A stretch of 48,408 bases of DNA from a virus: the IMG/VR virus record IMGVR_UViG_3300046615_000032; one strand, 5' to 3'. Below are positions 26,861 through 35,861 of this stretch, piece after piece. Under the pieces are notes generated by a model. That model ran no database searches and had not been told where the DNA came from. It saw only the letters and a list, made by a program, of their open reading frames with translations. Numbering within the stretch: the first letter of the stretch is position 1; every line of letters begins with the position of its first letter. Both the position numbers and the translations under genes were made by a program.

Positions 26861-28972
26861 GTGAGCAGCACCACCCCCTTCGGCCCGACCGGTCAGACCG
26901 TGTACGAGCGGACGTACTCCCGCACCAAGCCCAACGGCGAGAAGGAGACGTACCCCGAGACGGTGGCCCGCGTGGTCGAGGGCAACCTCGCGCTGGTCTA
27001 CGGTCCTCGTTCCGGCTGGGATGTGACAGTGTCGCAGGAGGCCGAGAAGCTGACCGCCTACATGGAGAGGTTCGCCATCCTCCCGGCTGGTCGCCACCTC
27101 TGGGCGTCCGGCGTCAAGGGCAGGCAGTACCTGTTCAACTGCCACGTCGCTGGCTGGGGAGAGACCCTGGCCCGACACTTCGAGTTCACCTTCCTCCGCC
27201 TGATGGAGGGCGGCGGTGTGGGAGCGAACTACTCCTCCCGCTTCCTGGCTCCCTACGGTGCACCGCGCCGGGCGCTGAACGTCCACGTCGTGTGCGACCC
27301 GACCCACCCCGACTACGCCGAGATGCAGGCGGCTGGCCTCCTGTCCACCGAGTACGACTCGGACTGGGACGGGGCCTTCGAGGTCGAGGACTCCCGCGAG
27401 GGATGGGCTGACGCCCTGGTCGACCTGATCGACACCTTCATGACGGACGACGAGGTCGTCCACTCGAACCGCGTCTACGACGTGAGCCGAGTCCGAGGCA
27501 AGGGTGCCCGGCTGAAGACCTTCGGTGGCACGGCCTCTGGCCCTGGCCCGTTCGCCCGCATGATGGCGGAGATCGGCAAGGTCATGAGCGCCGCGAGCAA
27601 CCCGGCCAGCCGCGTCCGCATCCTCGACGGCTCGACCTACCTGCTCGACCACCTCCACCCCACCGAGGCCATGGAGATCGACCACGCCATCGCGGAGTGC
27701 GTCGTCTCGGGTGGCAACCGTCGCTCTGCCCGCATGGCGATCGTGCACTGGGCCGACCCGCTGATCGAGGACTTCCTCGCGTGCAAGGCGGACGGCTCGA
27801 AGCACTGGACGACGAACATCTCGGTCGAGATCGACAACGACTTCGTCGGCTACCTCACCGGCGAGAAGCACGACGACTTCGGTCCGGGCGGCAACGAGCT
27901 GGCCTACCGCGTGCACCGCAAGGTGGTGCAGGGGATGCTCCTGAACGGGGAGCCGGGCTACTGGAACAGCGACCTCTCGAACGAGGGAGAGCCGGGCCTG
28001 GTCATCGCGACGAACCCCTGCGGCGAGATCGCTCTCGAAGCCTGGGAGAACTGCAACCTCGGACACGTCAACCTCGACGCCTTCGCGCCCACCGAGAAGG
28101 GTGGCTCGTTCGATGAGGCTGGCATGAAGGAGGCGCACGCCCTCGTCACCCGCTTCCTGATCCGAGCCACCTACGGCGACGTGAACGACGACGAGCAGGC
28201 CGACCGTCTGGCGAAGAACCGGCGCATCGGTGTCGGCCACTTCGGGGTGCAGGGCTTCCTCGCGAAGCTCGGCATCCGGTACAGCTCGGCTCCGTTCTCG
28301 TTCATGCCGGGCCTGCTCGATGACCTGTACGACGTGGTCCGTGAGACGGCTCGCGAGTACGCCTTCGAGCTGCGCATCCCGGAGCCGGTCAAGGTCACCA
28401 CGGTGGCACCGACTGGCACCATCGCGAAGATGCCGGGCGTAACCGAGGGCATCCACCCGATCTACGGGCGGACGTTCCTGCGCCGGGTCCGCTTCTCCTA
28501 CTCGGACGCTGACCAGGCCGCTGCGGTCGACCGGTTCTTCATGCAGGGGTACGCCGTGGAGGCGTGCGTCTACGACCCGTCCGGCAACACGATGGTGGTC
28601 ACCTTCCCGACGAAGGACAAGCTCGTCGCCGAGGTCGAGGAGATGGGCTACGACGCGGAGCTGGTCGAGTCCGCTGACGAGCTCACGCTCGACCAGATGC
28701 TGTGCTTCCAGGCGATGTACCAGAAGCACTACGCCGACAACGCGGTGAGCTTCACGGCCAACGTGCCGGAAGGGCTCGACCTGGACGAGACGATGGACGT
28801 CATCCAGTCCTGGCTGCCCCACCTGAAGGGCACCACGATCATGGTCGACGGCACGCGAGAGCAGGCACCGTACGAGCGGATCTCCGAGGAGGAGTTCAAC
28901 CAGTACGAGGCCACTCGGATCGAGGACTCGACCGACGAGGACTGCGCCACGGGAGCCTGCCCGGTGCGGTAG
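26861..28972 (+). CDS. nrdJ: Class II (adenosylcobalamin-dependent) ribonucleotide reductase
   Basis: 703 aa with the TNPCGEI active-site motif and a C-terminal CxxC. Confidence 0.9.
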   Translation: MSSTTPFGPTGQTVYERTYSRTKPNGEKETYPETVARVVEGNLALVYGPRSGWDVTVSQEAEKLTAYMERFAILPAGRHLWASGVKGRQYLFNCHVAGWGETLARHFEFTFLRLMEGGGVGANYSSRFLAPYGAPRRALNVHVVCDPTHPDYAEMQAAGLLSTEYDSDWDGAFEVEDSREGWADALVDLIDTFMTDDEVVHSNRVYDVSRVRGKGARLKTFGGTASGPGPFARMMAEIGKVMSAASNPASRVRILDGSTYLLDHLHPTEAMEIDHAIAECVVSGGNRRSARMAIVHWADPLIEDFLACKADGSKHWTTNISVEIDNDFVGYLTGEKHDDFGPGGNELAYRVHRKVVQGMLLNGEPGYWNSDLSNEGEPGLVIATNPCGEIALEAWENCNLGHVNLDAFAPTEKGGSFDEAGMKEAHALVTRFLIRATYGDVNDDEQADRLAKNRRIGVGHFGVQGFLAKLGIRYSSAPFSFMPGLLDDLYDVVRETAREYAFELRIPEPVKVTTVAPTGTIAKMPGVTEGIHPIYGRTFLRRVRFSYSDADQAAAVDRFFMQGYAVEACVYDPSGNTMVVTFPTKDKLVAEVEEMGYDAELVESADELTLDQMLCFQAMYQKHYADNAVSFTANVPEGLDLDETMDVIQSWLPHLKGTTIMVDGTREQAPYERISEEEFNQYEATRIEDSTDEDCATGACPVR

Positions 28973-29005
28973 CATCCTGCTCCCCTACTTGAAGGAGCAA
29001 CTACC

Positions 29006-29173
29006 GTGGGCGTTACCCGCAAGAGCATGAGCGCGCTGTCGCTGGGCCTGGTCGACTGGAAGTCGGACAAGGAGCGGATGGCAGCGTCGGCTCGGAAGCA
29101 GAAGAACCAGCAGAAGAAGACGAACAAGCTCCTGAAGGAGCAGAACAAGCTGCTGAAGCAAGCCGGGCGATGA
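29006..29173 (+). CDS. Small Lys-rich protein (55 aa)
   Basis: Below the ORF-track cutoff. GAAGGAG SD, followed by a canonical terminator. Confidence 0.45.
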   Translation: MGVTRKSMSALSLGLVDWKSDKERMAASARKQKNQQKKTNKLLKEQNKLLKQAGR

Positions 29174-29183
29174 GCCCGAGGAG

Positions 29184-29221
29184 AAGGCCCCCTGGAACTT
29201 CGGTTCTGGGGGGCCTTTTTT
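29184..29221 (+). terminator. Rho-independent terminator
   Basis: AAGGCCCCC pairs with GGGGGCCTT. The right arm ends in, and is followed by, a run of six T. Confidence 0.85.
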
Positions 29222-29237
29222 GCGTACCCTGTCGGGC

Positions 29238-29567
29238 ATGAAGAACGAGCGAGTGATCGTTGACCTGGTGGACGACATCGACGGCACGGGAACGGCTTCA
29301 ACTGTCACCTTCGCCGTGGACGGGAAGACCTACGAGATCGAGCTGAACAAGCGCAACGAGACGAAGTTCCGGAAGGCGCTGGAGCCCTGGGTTCAGGCTG
29401 CTCGAACAGTGTCCCCGGCACGGCCTCGTCGGCGACCGGCGAAGCGCAAGACTGCCGACCCCGCAGCGGTCCGTGAGTGGGCTGCCAGCAACGGGGTGGA
29501 GGTAGGGGCCACCGGTCGCATCCCGAAGGCTGTGCTCGACCAGTACGAGGCGGCACAGAAGGAGTGA
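29238..29567 (+). CDS. lsr2: Lsr2-like nucleoid-associated protein
   Basis: VIVDLVDDIDG...VTFAVDGKTYEIELNKRNETKFRKALEPWV N-domain, and a C-terminal VREWAASNGVEVGATGRIPK DNA-binding motif. Confidence 0.85.
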   Translation: MKNERVIVDLVDDIDGTGTASTVTFAVDGKTYEIELNKRNETKFRKALEPWVQAARTVSPARPRRRPAKRKTADPAAVREWAASNGVEVGATGRIPKAVLDQYEAAQKE

Positions 29568-29911
29568 TCTCCTACTACGACCGGCGAGGTAACCCGATCA
29601 GCCTGGAGGGGTGGACGCACCTGCTTCAGGATCGCGAGTACAGGCGTGTGGCGAGCACCGCCATCCCGGAGTCGGACGTGTGGGTCTCGACGGTGTGGCT
29701 CGGTCTGGACCACAACTTCTCCTTCGGCACCGAGCCGCACGTCCCGGTGATCTTTGAGACGATGGTCTTCGGCGTCGAGGACGAGGTCATGGACCGGTAC
29801 GCCACCGAGGAGCAGGCCCTCGAAGGGCATCTGCGGGTCGTGCTCAACCTGCTCCCGTCCGGCGTCCGGATGGACAAGGCGAAGATCCCCCTCAACGATC
29901 CGGAGCCTTGA
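29564..29911 (+). CDS. Hypothetical protein
   Basis: 115 aa, GTGA overlap with lsr2. Confidence 0.7.
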   Translation: MISYYDRRGNPISLEGWTHLLQDREYRRVASTAIPESDVWVSTVWLGLDHNFSFGTEPHVPVIFETMVFGVEDEVMDRYATEEQALEGHLRVVLNLLPSGVRMDKAKIPLNDPEP

Positions 29912-29973
29912 CCCGGCGCTCGGGGAGGCGGACCGTAGGGGGTGGCGGCGGCTCGCTACGAGCGCGCCGATCA

Positions 29974-30004
29974 GGTGCCAAGGAGGCGCATCCTCGGTGG
30001 CACC
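29974..30004. other. Imperfect 13-bp inverted repeat, attP-core or hairpin candidate
   Basis: GGTGCCAAGGAGG cgcat CCTCGGTGGCACC (11 of 13 positions pair), in the 225-bp gap upstream of int. Confidence 0.25.
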
Positions 30005-30136
30005 CGAGGAGCCCTGGACGGTGGGTCGCCGTCCTCTGACCTGCAAGTTCTTGTAGACCTACTGTGCCGAACGCGCCCGCGTTGTTCCTCTTTGGGGTAC
30101 GATGGGTGACACACCCACTACCGAGAGGAGCCAGCC

Positions 30137-31474
30137 TTGGCCAAGCGAGCCGTCATCTACACCCGAGTGTCCCGAGACGACACCGGGGAGGGTCAGTCCA
30201 ACCAGCGCCAGGAGCGCGAGTGTCGGCGGCTGACCGACTACAAGCGGCTCGACGTGATCGCGGTCGAGGCGGACATCTCCATCTCAGCGTACTCGGGCAA
30301 GGAGCGCCCGGCCTGGCGTCGCGTCCTGGACATGGTCCGGAACGGTGAGGTCGACTACGTGATCGCCTACCACATGGACCGGATGACCCGGTCGATGTTG
30401 GACCTGGAGGAGCTGATCATCCTGTGCGAGGAGCACGGGGTGGGCATCGCTACTGCGGTCGGCGACATCGACCTGACGTCGGACATGGGCCGCATGGTGG
30501 CCCGCATCCTGGCGGCTGTGGCTCGGGCCGAGGTTGAGCGCAAGAGCGCCCGGCAGAAGCTGGCCAACGCGCAGCGTGCAGCCGAGGGCAAGCCTCACTC
30601 GGGAGGACAGCGTCCCTTCGGGTACACCCGCGACCACACGAAGGTGCTGACCGACGAGGCTGAGCTGATCCGAGACGCGGCTCGACGTGCGCTTGCCGGT
30701 GAGCCCCTGGCTTCGATCGCGAAGGACTGGCCGATGACCCCGCGAGGCGTGAAGAACGTGCTGACGAGCCCCCGGTACGCGGGCATCCGCATGTACCTGG
30801 GAGAGCGCGTCGGCGAGGGTAGCTGGGAGCCGATCCTGGACATCGAGACGCACCTCCGACTGGTCGAGTCGCTGACCGATCCAGCCCGAGTGAAGGGCGG
30901 CGTGAAGAAGGGGCGGACCCCGGCTTCTCTGCTCACCGGCATCGCCCTGTGCTCGGTCTGCCGAGTGCCTGTCCGTGGGTCCTCGGTCCGTGGTCGGATG
31001 ACGTACTCCTGCCGCAGCTCCCACGCCCACGTCGAGCGCGCTGACGCCGACACCCTGGTCCTCGGTGCCGTGATCAACCGACTGTCCTCCCCGGACTGGG
31101 TGAAGGAGCTGGCCCCCTCGGGTGACGACCGGCTGGTCGACGCGAAGCGGGTGGTCGAGGAGCAGCGCGCGATGCTGAAGACGTACGCCCGGCTGCTCGC
31201 ATCGGGAGCGATGGACGAGGAGCAGTTCACCGAGGCTTCCGCCGTGGCTCGGGGCTCGATGCAGGAGGCGGAGAAGATCCTCTCGCAGGCCGCTGACGGG
31301 GCGATGCTCGAAGGGTTGGACGTCGGGACCGACCGGGTCGGTTCGCAGCTCCTGGCCCTGCCTCTGGGCCGTCAGCGAGGCATCGTGGAGCAGATGCTCA
31401 GCGTCGAGATCGCACCGCAGGTGAAGTCGCGGTCGAACCCCCTGCCCCTGGAGGAGCGCGTGCTCATCGCCTGA
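30137..31474 (+). CDS. int: Large serine recombinase (integrase)
   Basis: N-terminal AVIYTRVSRDD catalytic-serine motif, a resolvase-like domain, and a Cys-rich recombinase/zinc-ribbon region (CSVC...C). 445 aa. Confidence 0.9.
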   Translation: MAKRAVIYTRVSRDDTGEGQSNQRQERECRRLTDYKRLDVIAVEADISISAYSGKERPAWRRVLDMVRNGEVDYVIAYHMDRMTRSMLDLEELIILCEEHGVGIATAVGDIDLTSDMGRMVARILAAVARAEVERKSARQKLANAQRAAEGKPHSGGQRPFGYTRDHTKVLTDEAELIRDAARRALAGEPLASIAKDWPMTPRGVKNVLTSPRYAGIRMYLGERVGEGSWEPILDIETHLRLVESLTDPARVKGGVKKGRTPASLLTGIALCSVCRVPVRGSSVRGRMTYSCRSSHAHVERADADTLVLGAVINRLSSPDWVKELAPSGDDRLVDAKRVVEEQRAMLKTYARLLASGAMDEEQFTEASAVARGSMQEAEKILSQAADGAMLEGLDVGTDRVGSQLLALPLGRQRGIVEQMLSVEIAPQVKSRSNPLPLEERVLIA

Positions 31475-31487
31475 CCCGCAACGCAAA

Positions 31488-31521
31488 GAAGGCCCCACCT
31501 CGCACAGGAGATGGGGCCTTC
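31488..31521. terminator. Bidirectional stem-loop between int and the leftward arm
   Basis: GAAGGCCCCA pairs with TGGGGCCTTC (10 bp). Confidence 0.65.
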
Positions 31522-31522
31522 G

Positions 31523-31648
31523 TCATGCTGCGAGCTTCAGCTCGCCGAACAGAGCGCGTACGACACGGACTTGGTTGCTGGTGGGTGGCGCTGGAGGGTT
31601 GCGCTTGACGCGCTCCTTGTCCAGCTCGATGGCCTCGGAGAGGGTCAC
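31523..31648 (-). CDS. Small hypothetical protein (41 aa)
   Basis: GTGA overlap with the thyX stop. Below the ORF-track cutoff, moderate GC3. Confidence 0.35.
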   Translation of the reverse strand: MTLSEAIELDKERVKRNPPAPPTSNQVRVVRALFGELKLAA

Positions 31649-32352
31649 GGAGCTACCCGCCCGTTGTTCTGGAAGGTCCGCCAGGTGATGGGCATGAGCT
31701 CGCGGAGCTCGTACTCCATCTTCTCGGCGACCATCTCGATCTCCCGCTGAGGGAAGCTCTTGAAGGTGGCGGTCTCGTCCTTGGTGCGGAGCCCGAGGAA
31801 GTGGAGCAGGGACCGGGCGTTGCAGGTGGCGTAGTAGCTGGTGAAGATCCCGACCGGGAGCACCGAGCGCGCCACCTCTCGGGCGATGCCCTGGTGGAGC
31901 ATGTTCTCGTAGGCGTCGTACGCCAGGAGGTACGCCCGCTTGTGCTCGTTCACGGCGGTGAGGTACTGAGCCATCGAGCCGGGCCGGAAGTCGTACGCGC
32001 CGGGCTTGCCGGACTGGATCAGGTTGCGGTCACCGGCAGGGATGTAGAAGACGGGGGCCAGCTCCTTGTAGCGCCCGCTCTCCTCGTTGTAGCTCCAGCC
32101 AGCGCGGTGGCGGAAGTGTTCGCGGGCCACGAAGATCGGTGCCTCGACCAGGAAGGTGAACGAGGTGTGCTCGAACGGGCTGCCGTGCCTGTCCCGCATG
32201 AGGAAGTTGATCAGCCCCTCGATGGGGCGGTCCAGGTCGAGGCTGCTCGTCCCGATGGTGCTGACGCGGGCTGCCTGGGCCACGTCCTGGTCGCTGGCTG
32301 TCGCCTTGACGAGCTGGACCGTGACGTCGGACCTGAAGGTGCGCTCGTTCAT
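31645..32352 (-). CDS. thyX: FAD-dependent thymidylate synthase
   Basis: The ThyX signature FRHRAGWSYNEESGRYKEL. The start is taken at MNERTF. Confidence 0.9.
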   Translation of the reverse strand: MNERTFRSDVTVQLVKATASDQDVAQAARVSTIGTSSLDLDRPIEGLINFLMRDRHGSPFEHTSFTFLVEAPIFVAREHFRHRAGWSYNEESGRYKELAPVFYIPAGDRNLIQSGKPGAYDFRPGSMAQYLTAVNEHKRAYLLAYDAYENMLHQGIAREVARSVLPVGIFTSYYATCNARSLLHFLGLRTKDETATFKSFPQREIEMVAEKMEYELRELMPITWRTFQNNGRVAP

Positions 32353-32381
32353 GCCGGTGGTGGTGATGATGGTGTCCTCTC

Positions 32382-32939
32382 TCAGTACCAGTGCGGTGAC
32401 CGGCCCTGCCAGGCGGCGAGAGCGTTGGTCGGGAGCCCGTAGGTGCGGGCGATGTAGGTGAGGCCCGCCTCGATCTGTCCAGCGGGGTCGGATGTCTTCT
32501 GTGCGCCGACGAGAGCCCATGTCGAGTCGAGGAACTGGGCGATGCCGTAGGCGGTGCTGCTCGGGTTCTGTGCGTCCGGGTTCCAGCCCGACTCGACCTG
32601 CCACAGCTCCTCCAGGGCAGCCCACTGAGCTGCGGACCACCCCCGCTTCGCGGCGAGGGCCTTGCCGATCTCTCGGGGCGTCTTCGGGGTGGCTGTCGGT
32701 GCCGCTGTGCGCTTCTCGCTGCGACTGGGCTTCGGTGTGGGTCTCGGGGTGACCGTCTCGGTCACGGTGACGGTCGGAGTGGGCTTCGTGTCGTGGACCG
32801 AGGCCGGGCGGGGCTCGTTGGCCTTGTCGACCAGGAGCGCGCCGCCCAGTAGGCCCAGGGAGAAGGCGGAGACGACCGCCGTGACCCCGGAGGCCACGGT
32901 CAGTCCGTCTCGGTGCCTGGAGTGTTGTCCCACTGTCAC
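32382..32939 (-). CDS. Membrane-anchored lysozyme-like (lytic transglycosylase-like) protein
   Basis: N-terminal TM segment, Pro/Thr linker, and a C-terminal WNPDAQNPSSTAYGIAQFLDSTW motif. Confidence 0.65.
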   Translation of the reverse strand: MTVGQHSRHRDGLTVASGVTAVVSAFSLGLLGGALLVDKANEPRPASVHDTKPTPTVTVTETVTPRPTPKPSRSEKRTAAPTATPKTPREIGKALAAKRGWSAAQWAALEELWQVESGWNPDAQNPSSTAYGIAQFLDSTWALVGAQKTSDPAGQIEAGLTYIARTYGLPTNALAAWQGRSPHWY

Positions 32940-33184
32940 ACAGCCTGCATCTGGCGCAGGTGGATGAGCTCGGACCCTCCGTCGACCAGCTCCTCGATCT
33001 TCTCCAGCATCCGCCAGGCGTGCCAGCTCTTGCCGAGGCCGGTGCGGTAGATGACGGAGGGCTGGCGGTCCTTCAGCAGGTGGATGAGCCGGAAGGGGAT
33101 GACGTTCTCCCGCTTGACCTCGGGGAACAGGCGGGCCTGGTGGTAGCCGTAGACGATGGCGATGGGCTCGGTGTTCAGCGTCAC
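32936..33184 (-). CDS. Hypothetical protein
   Basis: 82 aa, GTGA overlaps at both ends. Confidence 0.65.
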   Translation of the reverse strand: MTLNTEPIAIVYGYHQARLFPEVKRENVIPFRLIHLLKDRQPSVIYRTGLGKSWHAWRMLEKIEELVDGGSELIHLRQMQAV

Positions 33185-33357
33185 TGGGAGAGCTCCTTGT
33201 CGGTGAAGGGGTCGTACAGGAAGGCTTCGGCCTCGAAGCCGCTCAGCGTGAGGTCGGCCAGCCGCTTGTCCGCGAGGGTGCGGTCGTAGCTGACTGCCGA
33301 GGTGTGCTCGATGCCGTCGTGGTCCGTCCAGCGGAGCCGCCAGAACTCGATGCTCAC
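33181..33357 (-). CDS. Hypothetical protein (58 aa)
   Basis: Below the ORF-track cutoff, GTGA overlaps at both ends, high GC3. Confidence 0.5.
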   Translation of the reverse strand: MSIEFWRLRWTDHDGIEHTSAVSYDRTLADKRLADLTLSGFEAEAFLYDPFTDKELSQ

Positions 33358-33662
33358 TGGGCTCTCCGAGCGAGGCTCAGGGCGACGGCGGCGAGGCTGT
33401 CGGGGTGAGGCTTCGAGCCGGGGTCGATGACCATGCGGATGGGGCGCGTTGCCTCGCGCTGCGCCTGCATCTGGCCGATGTTGCGCTCGAACGCCTGGAG
33501 GGCGATGGCTGCGGCCTTCAGGTGCTCGACCGCGTCCATGATGCGCGGGTCTTCGAGGTCGGGGAAGGTCTTGGCTGCTCGGGTGAGCCGGTCGTACGCG
33601 ACGAGGGCTTCGTGCCTCGCCACCTGCGCCTGGATCTCGGCGACTCGGTTGCGCTCGCTCAC
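33354..33662 (-). CDS. Hypothetical protein
   Basis: GTG at 33662 after a GAGGAGG SD, helical, 102 aa. Confidence 0.6.
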   Translation of the reverse strand: MSERNRVAEIQAQVARHEALVAYDRLTRAAKTFPDLEDPRIMDAVEHLKAAAIALQAFERNIGQMQAQREATRPIRMVIDPGSKPHPDSLAAVALSLARRAQ

Positions 33663-33805
33663 TTGGCCTCCTCGGGCTTGGTCTGGATGGCTCGCTGCTT
33701 CGGGCAGCTCAGGTACTCGCGGTGGGTGCGCTCCGGGCAACTCCCGATCACGGATCGGATCGAGTCGCCGCACTCGCACACCCCTCGGGGCTTGGTCCAC
33801 TTCAC
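33659..33805 (-). CDS. Small Cys-rich protein (48 aa)
   Basis: GTGA overlap with the upstream gene. CxC...C...C pattern. Confidence 0.45.
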   Translation of the reverse strand: MKWTKPRGVCECGDSIRSVIGSCPERTHREYLSCPKQRAIQTKPEEAK

Positions 33806-34047
33806 GCGGCGACCAGGCGGTCGTTGAAGTGGCGACGGGACTCGGAGGTGAGGTGGAACAGGCCGTAGTCGCACTCGTAGTAGCGGGACTCGCGGTAGCT
33901 GCCTCGCCGGGTGCCTCGGGACTCCGCAGCGCGGTCGCGCTTGGCCTGGGCTCGACCCAGGGCCTTGTCGGCGTCCCGCTCAGAGCGGAAGCCTCGCTTC
34001 AGGCCGCACTCGCAGTACCTGTAGTCGACGGTCTTGGTCTTGCTCAC
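33802..34047 (-). CDS. Hypothetical protein
   Basis: GTG at 34047 after a GAGAGGG SD. Contains YRYCECG and YYECDYGLFHLTS. Confidence 0.55.
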   Translation of the reverse strand: MSKTKTVDYRYCECGLKRGFRSERDADKALGRAQAKRDRAAESRGTRRGSYRESRYYECDYGLFHLTSESRRHFNDRLVAA

Positions 34048-34060
34048 AGTAGGTGCCCTC

Positions 34061-34492
34061 TCACTTCTTGTACTTGTCGCACTTGCACGATGGGATCTGG
34101 CAGGCACCTCGGGAAGGCCCGGCCATGCTGTGGGTGTACGGGGCGTGCCCGCAGTCGGGGTGGAGGCACCAGGGCGTCCAGTTCTTCTTGCCGTTCTGGT
34201 TGGCCCAGGCTGCGCCGGGTGCGTAGAGCTTGACGACGTGGAACTTGCCGCCCACACCGCCCAGGGTCTCTACGAACTTCTCGGCGTCGCCCTCGGAGTA
34301 GAACGGGCCGTAGTTGCAGCCCTTCGAGCCGTCCGCCCAGACGTGGGTGCCTGCGAAGGTGTCCCGCATGGAGAGGATGTCGACCATCTCCTTCAGGAGG
34401 GCCTTGGCCATGGCCTTGGCGTCCGCGTACTCGCTGGACTCCAGGATCTCCACGATCCGGTTGTACTCCTGTGCGCGAGGCGTGAACCTCAT
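34061..34492 (-). CDS. Hypothetical protein with C-terminal Cys/His cluster
   Basis: ATG at 34492 after a GAGAGGAG SD, 143 aa. Confidence 0.7.
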   Translation of the reverse strand: MRFTPRAQEYNRIVEILESSEYADAKAMAKALLKEMVDILSMRDTFAGTHVWADGSKGCNYGPFYSEGDAEKFVETLGGVGGKFHVVKLYAPGAAWANQNGKKNWTPWCLHPDCGHAPYTHSMAGPSRGACQIPSCKCDKYKK

Positions 34493-34551
34493 GTGTCTCC
34501 TCTCACGGGGACCGCCCACCTCTCGCAGGCGGTCCCACTGTCACATCTTGG

Positions 34552-34944
34552 TCAGGCGGGGCGGTGGGCGACTCGGAAGCCCCACCTTCTGGCGTGGACG
34601 AAGGCCCGGACGTTGAACGTCGTGCCGATGGGCTTGCTCGGGTCGATCCAGTGGCCCGTCTGCTTGAAGAAGGTCAGGCGCAGGGCGTCGACCCCCACGA
34701 TCACGCTGCCGTCAGGCAGGGCGTCGAGATCCTTGATCTCCCGCAGCACGGAGTCGTCCGGTTCGGGCAGCGGCGAGACGACCTCGACCGGGAAGGCGAA
34801 GAAGCTGGCGTACACCGCGCTCCGGAACCCGACGACCTCGAACAGGCCGTTGCCCAGGCTCAGGCCCTGGTCTCCCTCGCGGTCCTCGAACTTCACCCCT
34901 TCGGGCAGCGCCTCCAGATCGGGGACGGTGTGTAGCGTGGTCAC
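34552..34944 (-). CDS. Hypothetical protein
   Basis: GTG at 34944 after a GAGAGGAA SD, 130 aa. Confidence 0.65.
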   Translation of the reverse strand: MTTLHTVPDLEALPEGVKFEDREGDQGLSLGNGLFEVVGFRSAVYASFFAFPVEVVSPLPEPDDSVLREIKDLDALPDGSVIVGVDALRLTFFKQTGHWIDPSKPIGTTFNVRAFVHARRWGFRVAHRPA

Positions 34945-35007
34945 TGCTGTGTTCCTCTCGTTCGTGGTCCCAGTGTCACACACCGGGCGAGCCGATGCAA
35001 CTTGCAC

Positions 35008-35604
35008 TCAGGCAGTCAGGGTCTTCAGTCGGATGAGCTGCGTCACGCTCAGGAGGCGGGCGTGCAGCTCCTCGATCGTGCCGTCGTTCTTCACGGTCAC
35101 GTCGAAGTCGTAGTGGTCGAGTGCGACGTCGCTCTCATGCACCCAGCCACCGGGGTCGGTGTGCGGGCCTACCCCAGGCCGCTCGATCCGGACGACCACT
35201 CCCCCGGCCTCGCGGATGGCGTCAGCCTCGTTGGGGAAGCGCACGTCGGTCACGACCAGCGCCTCGTTCTCGGGGTCGAAGTCCTGCATCAGGGCGTTGA
35301 CCCAGACCTGAGCTCCGAGCACCTTGCGCCCGGCCTCGGTGCCAGCACGCTGGAGCAGCCTCCGGATCTCGGGGAACTGCCTCTTGGCTCGGTCCCACCC
35401 GTAGGCGTCGACCAGCTTGGCCAGCCGGACCACACCGACGTCGGGGTAGGTGTCCACCCACGGGTCGAGGGCGTAGAGGAAGCTGCGCAGCCTGTCGGCG
35501 AAGGCGTCCCGCCTCCAGCCCCCCACGACCAGGGCGGCAGCCGCCTCGTCCTTCCCACTGCCTGCGTAGCCAGACAGGCCGATCAGCAGGGTCGGTCCAC
35601 TCAC
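35008..35604 (-). CDS. Deoxynucleoside monophosphate kinase-like P-loop protein
   Basis: P-loop GLSGYAGSGKDE. GTG at 35604 after a GAGGAGG SD. Confidence 0.7.
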   Translation of the reverse strand: MSGPTLLIGLSGYAGSGKDEAAAALVVGGWRRDAFADRLRSFLYALDPWVDTYPDVGVVRLAKLVDAYGWDRAKRQFPEIRRLLQRAGTEAGRKVLGAQVWVNALMQDFDPENEALVVTDVRFPNEADAIREAGGVVVRIERPGVGPHTDPGGWVHESDVALDHYDFDVTVKNDGTIEELHARLLSVTQLIRLKTLTA

Positions 35605-35861
35605 TTCGGGTCCTCCTCGTAGGGGTGCAGGTGCTGGGCGGCGTACTCCACGCCCATGCCGGTGTAGAAGTTGCGACCCATCGGGTCGGGCAGGTTGCTG
35701 GCCAGCTCGCGCAGCTCCTCGGCTGCCTGCCAGCGCGCTGCGGTGACCAGGTCTTCGAGCTTGGCCCGCAGCTCCTCGTACTCGTAGCCGTAGACGTCGT
35801 ACGTGAAGTCGGCCATGATCTCCTGGACCGTGCCGCGCCACTCGTTACCAACCCAGGGCAT
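35601..35861 (-). CDS. Hypothetical protein
   Basis: 86 aa, acidic, one-base overlap with the upstream stop. Confidence 0.7.
   Translation of the reverse strand: MPWVGNEWRGTVQEIMADFTYDVYGYEYEELRAKLEDLVTAARWQAAEELRELASNLPDPMGRNFYTGMGVEYAAQHLHPYEEDPK

Noticed and set aside
26858-28975. Very long antisense or alternative-frame ORFs mirroring real genes. Examples: 26858..28975(-) 705 aa, 44607..46433(-) 608 aa, 5440..6888(-), 6609..8813(+) 734 aa inside the tape measure, 1204..2280(-), 10675..11907(-), 11784..13199(-).
   Set aside because: These are typical high-GC shadow ORFs. Their products are Arg/Gly/Ala/His-rich. They lack SDs and fully overlap ORFs with clear motifs (RNR, terminase, tape measure, capsid, fibres).
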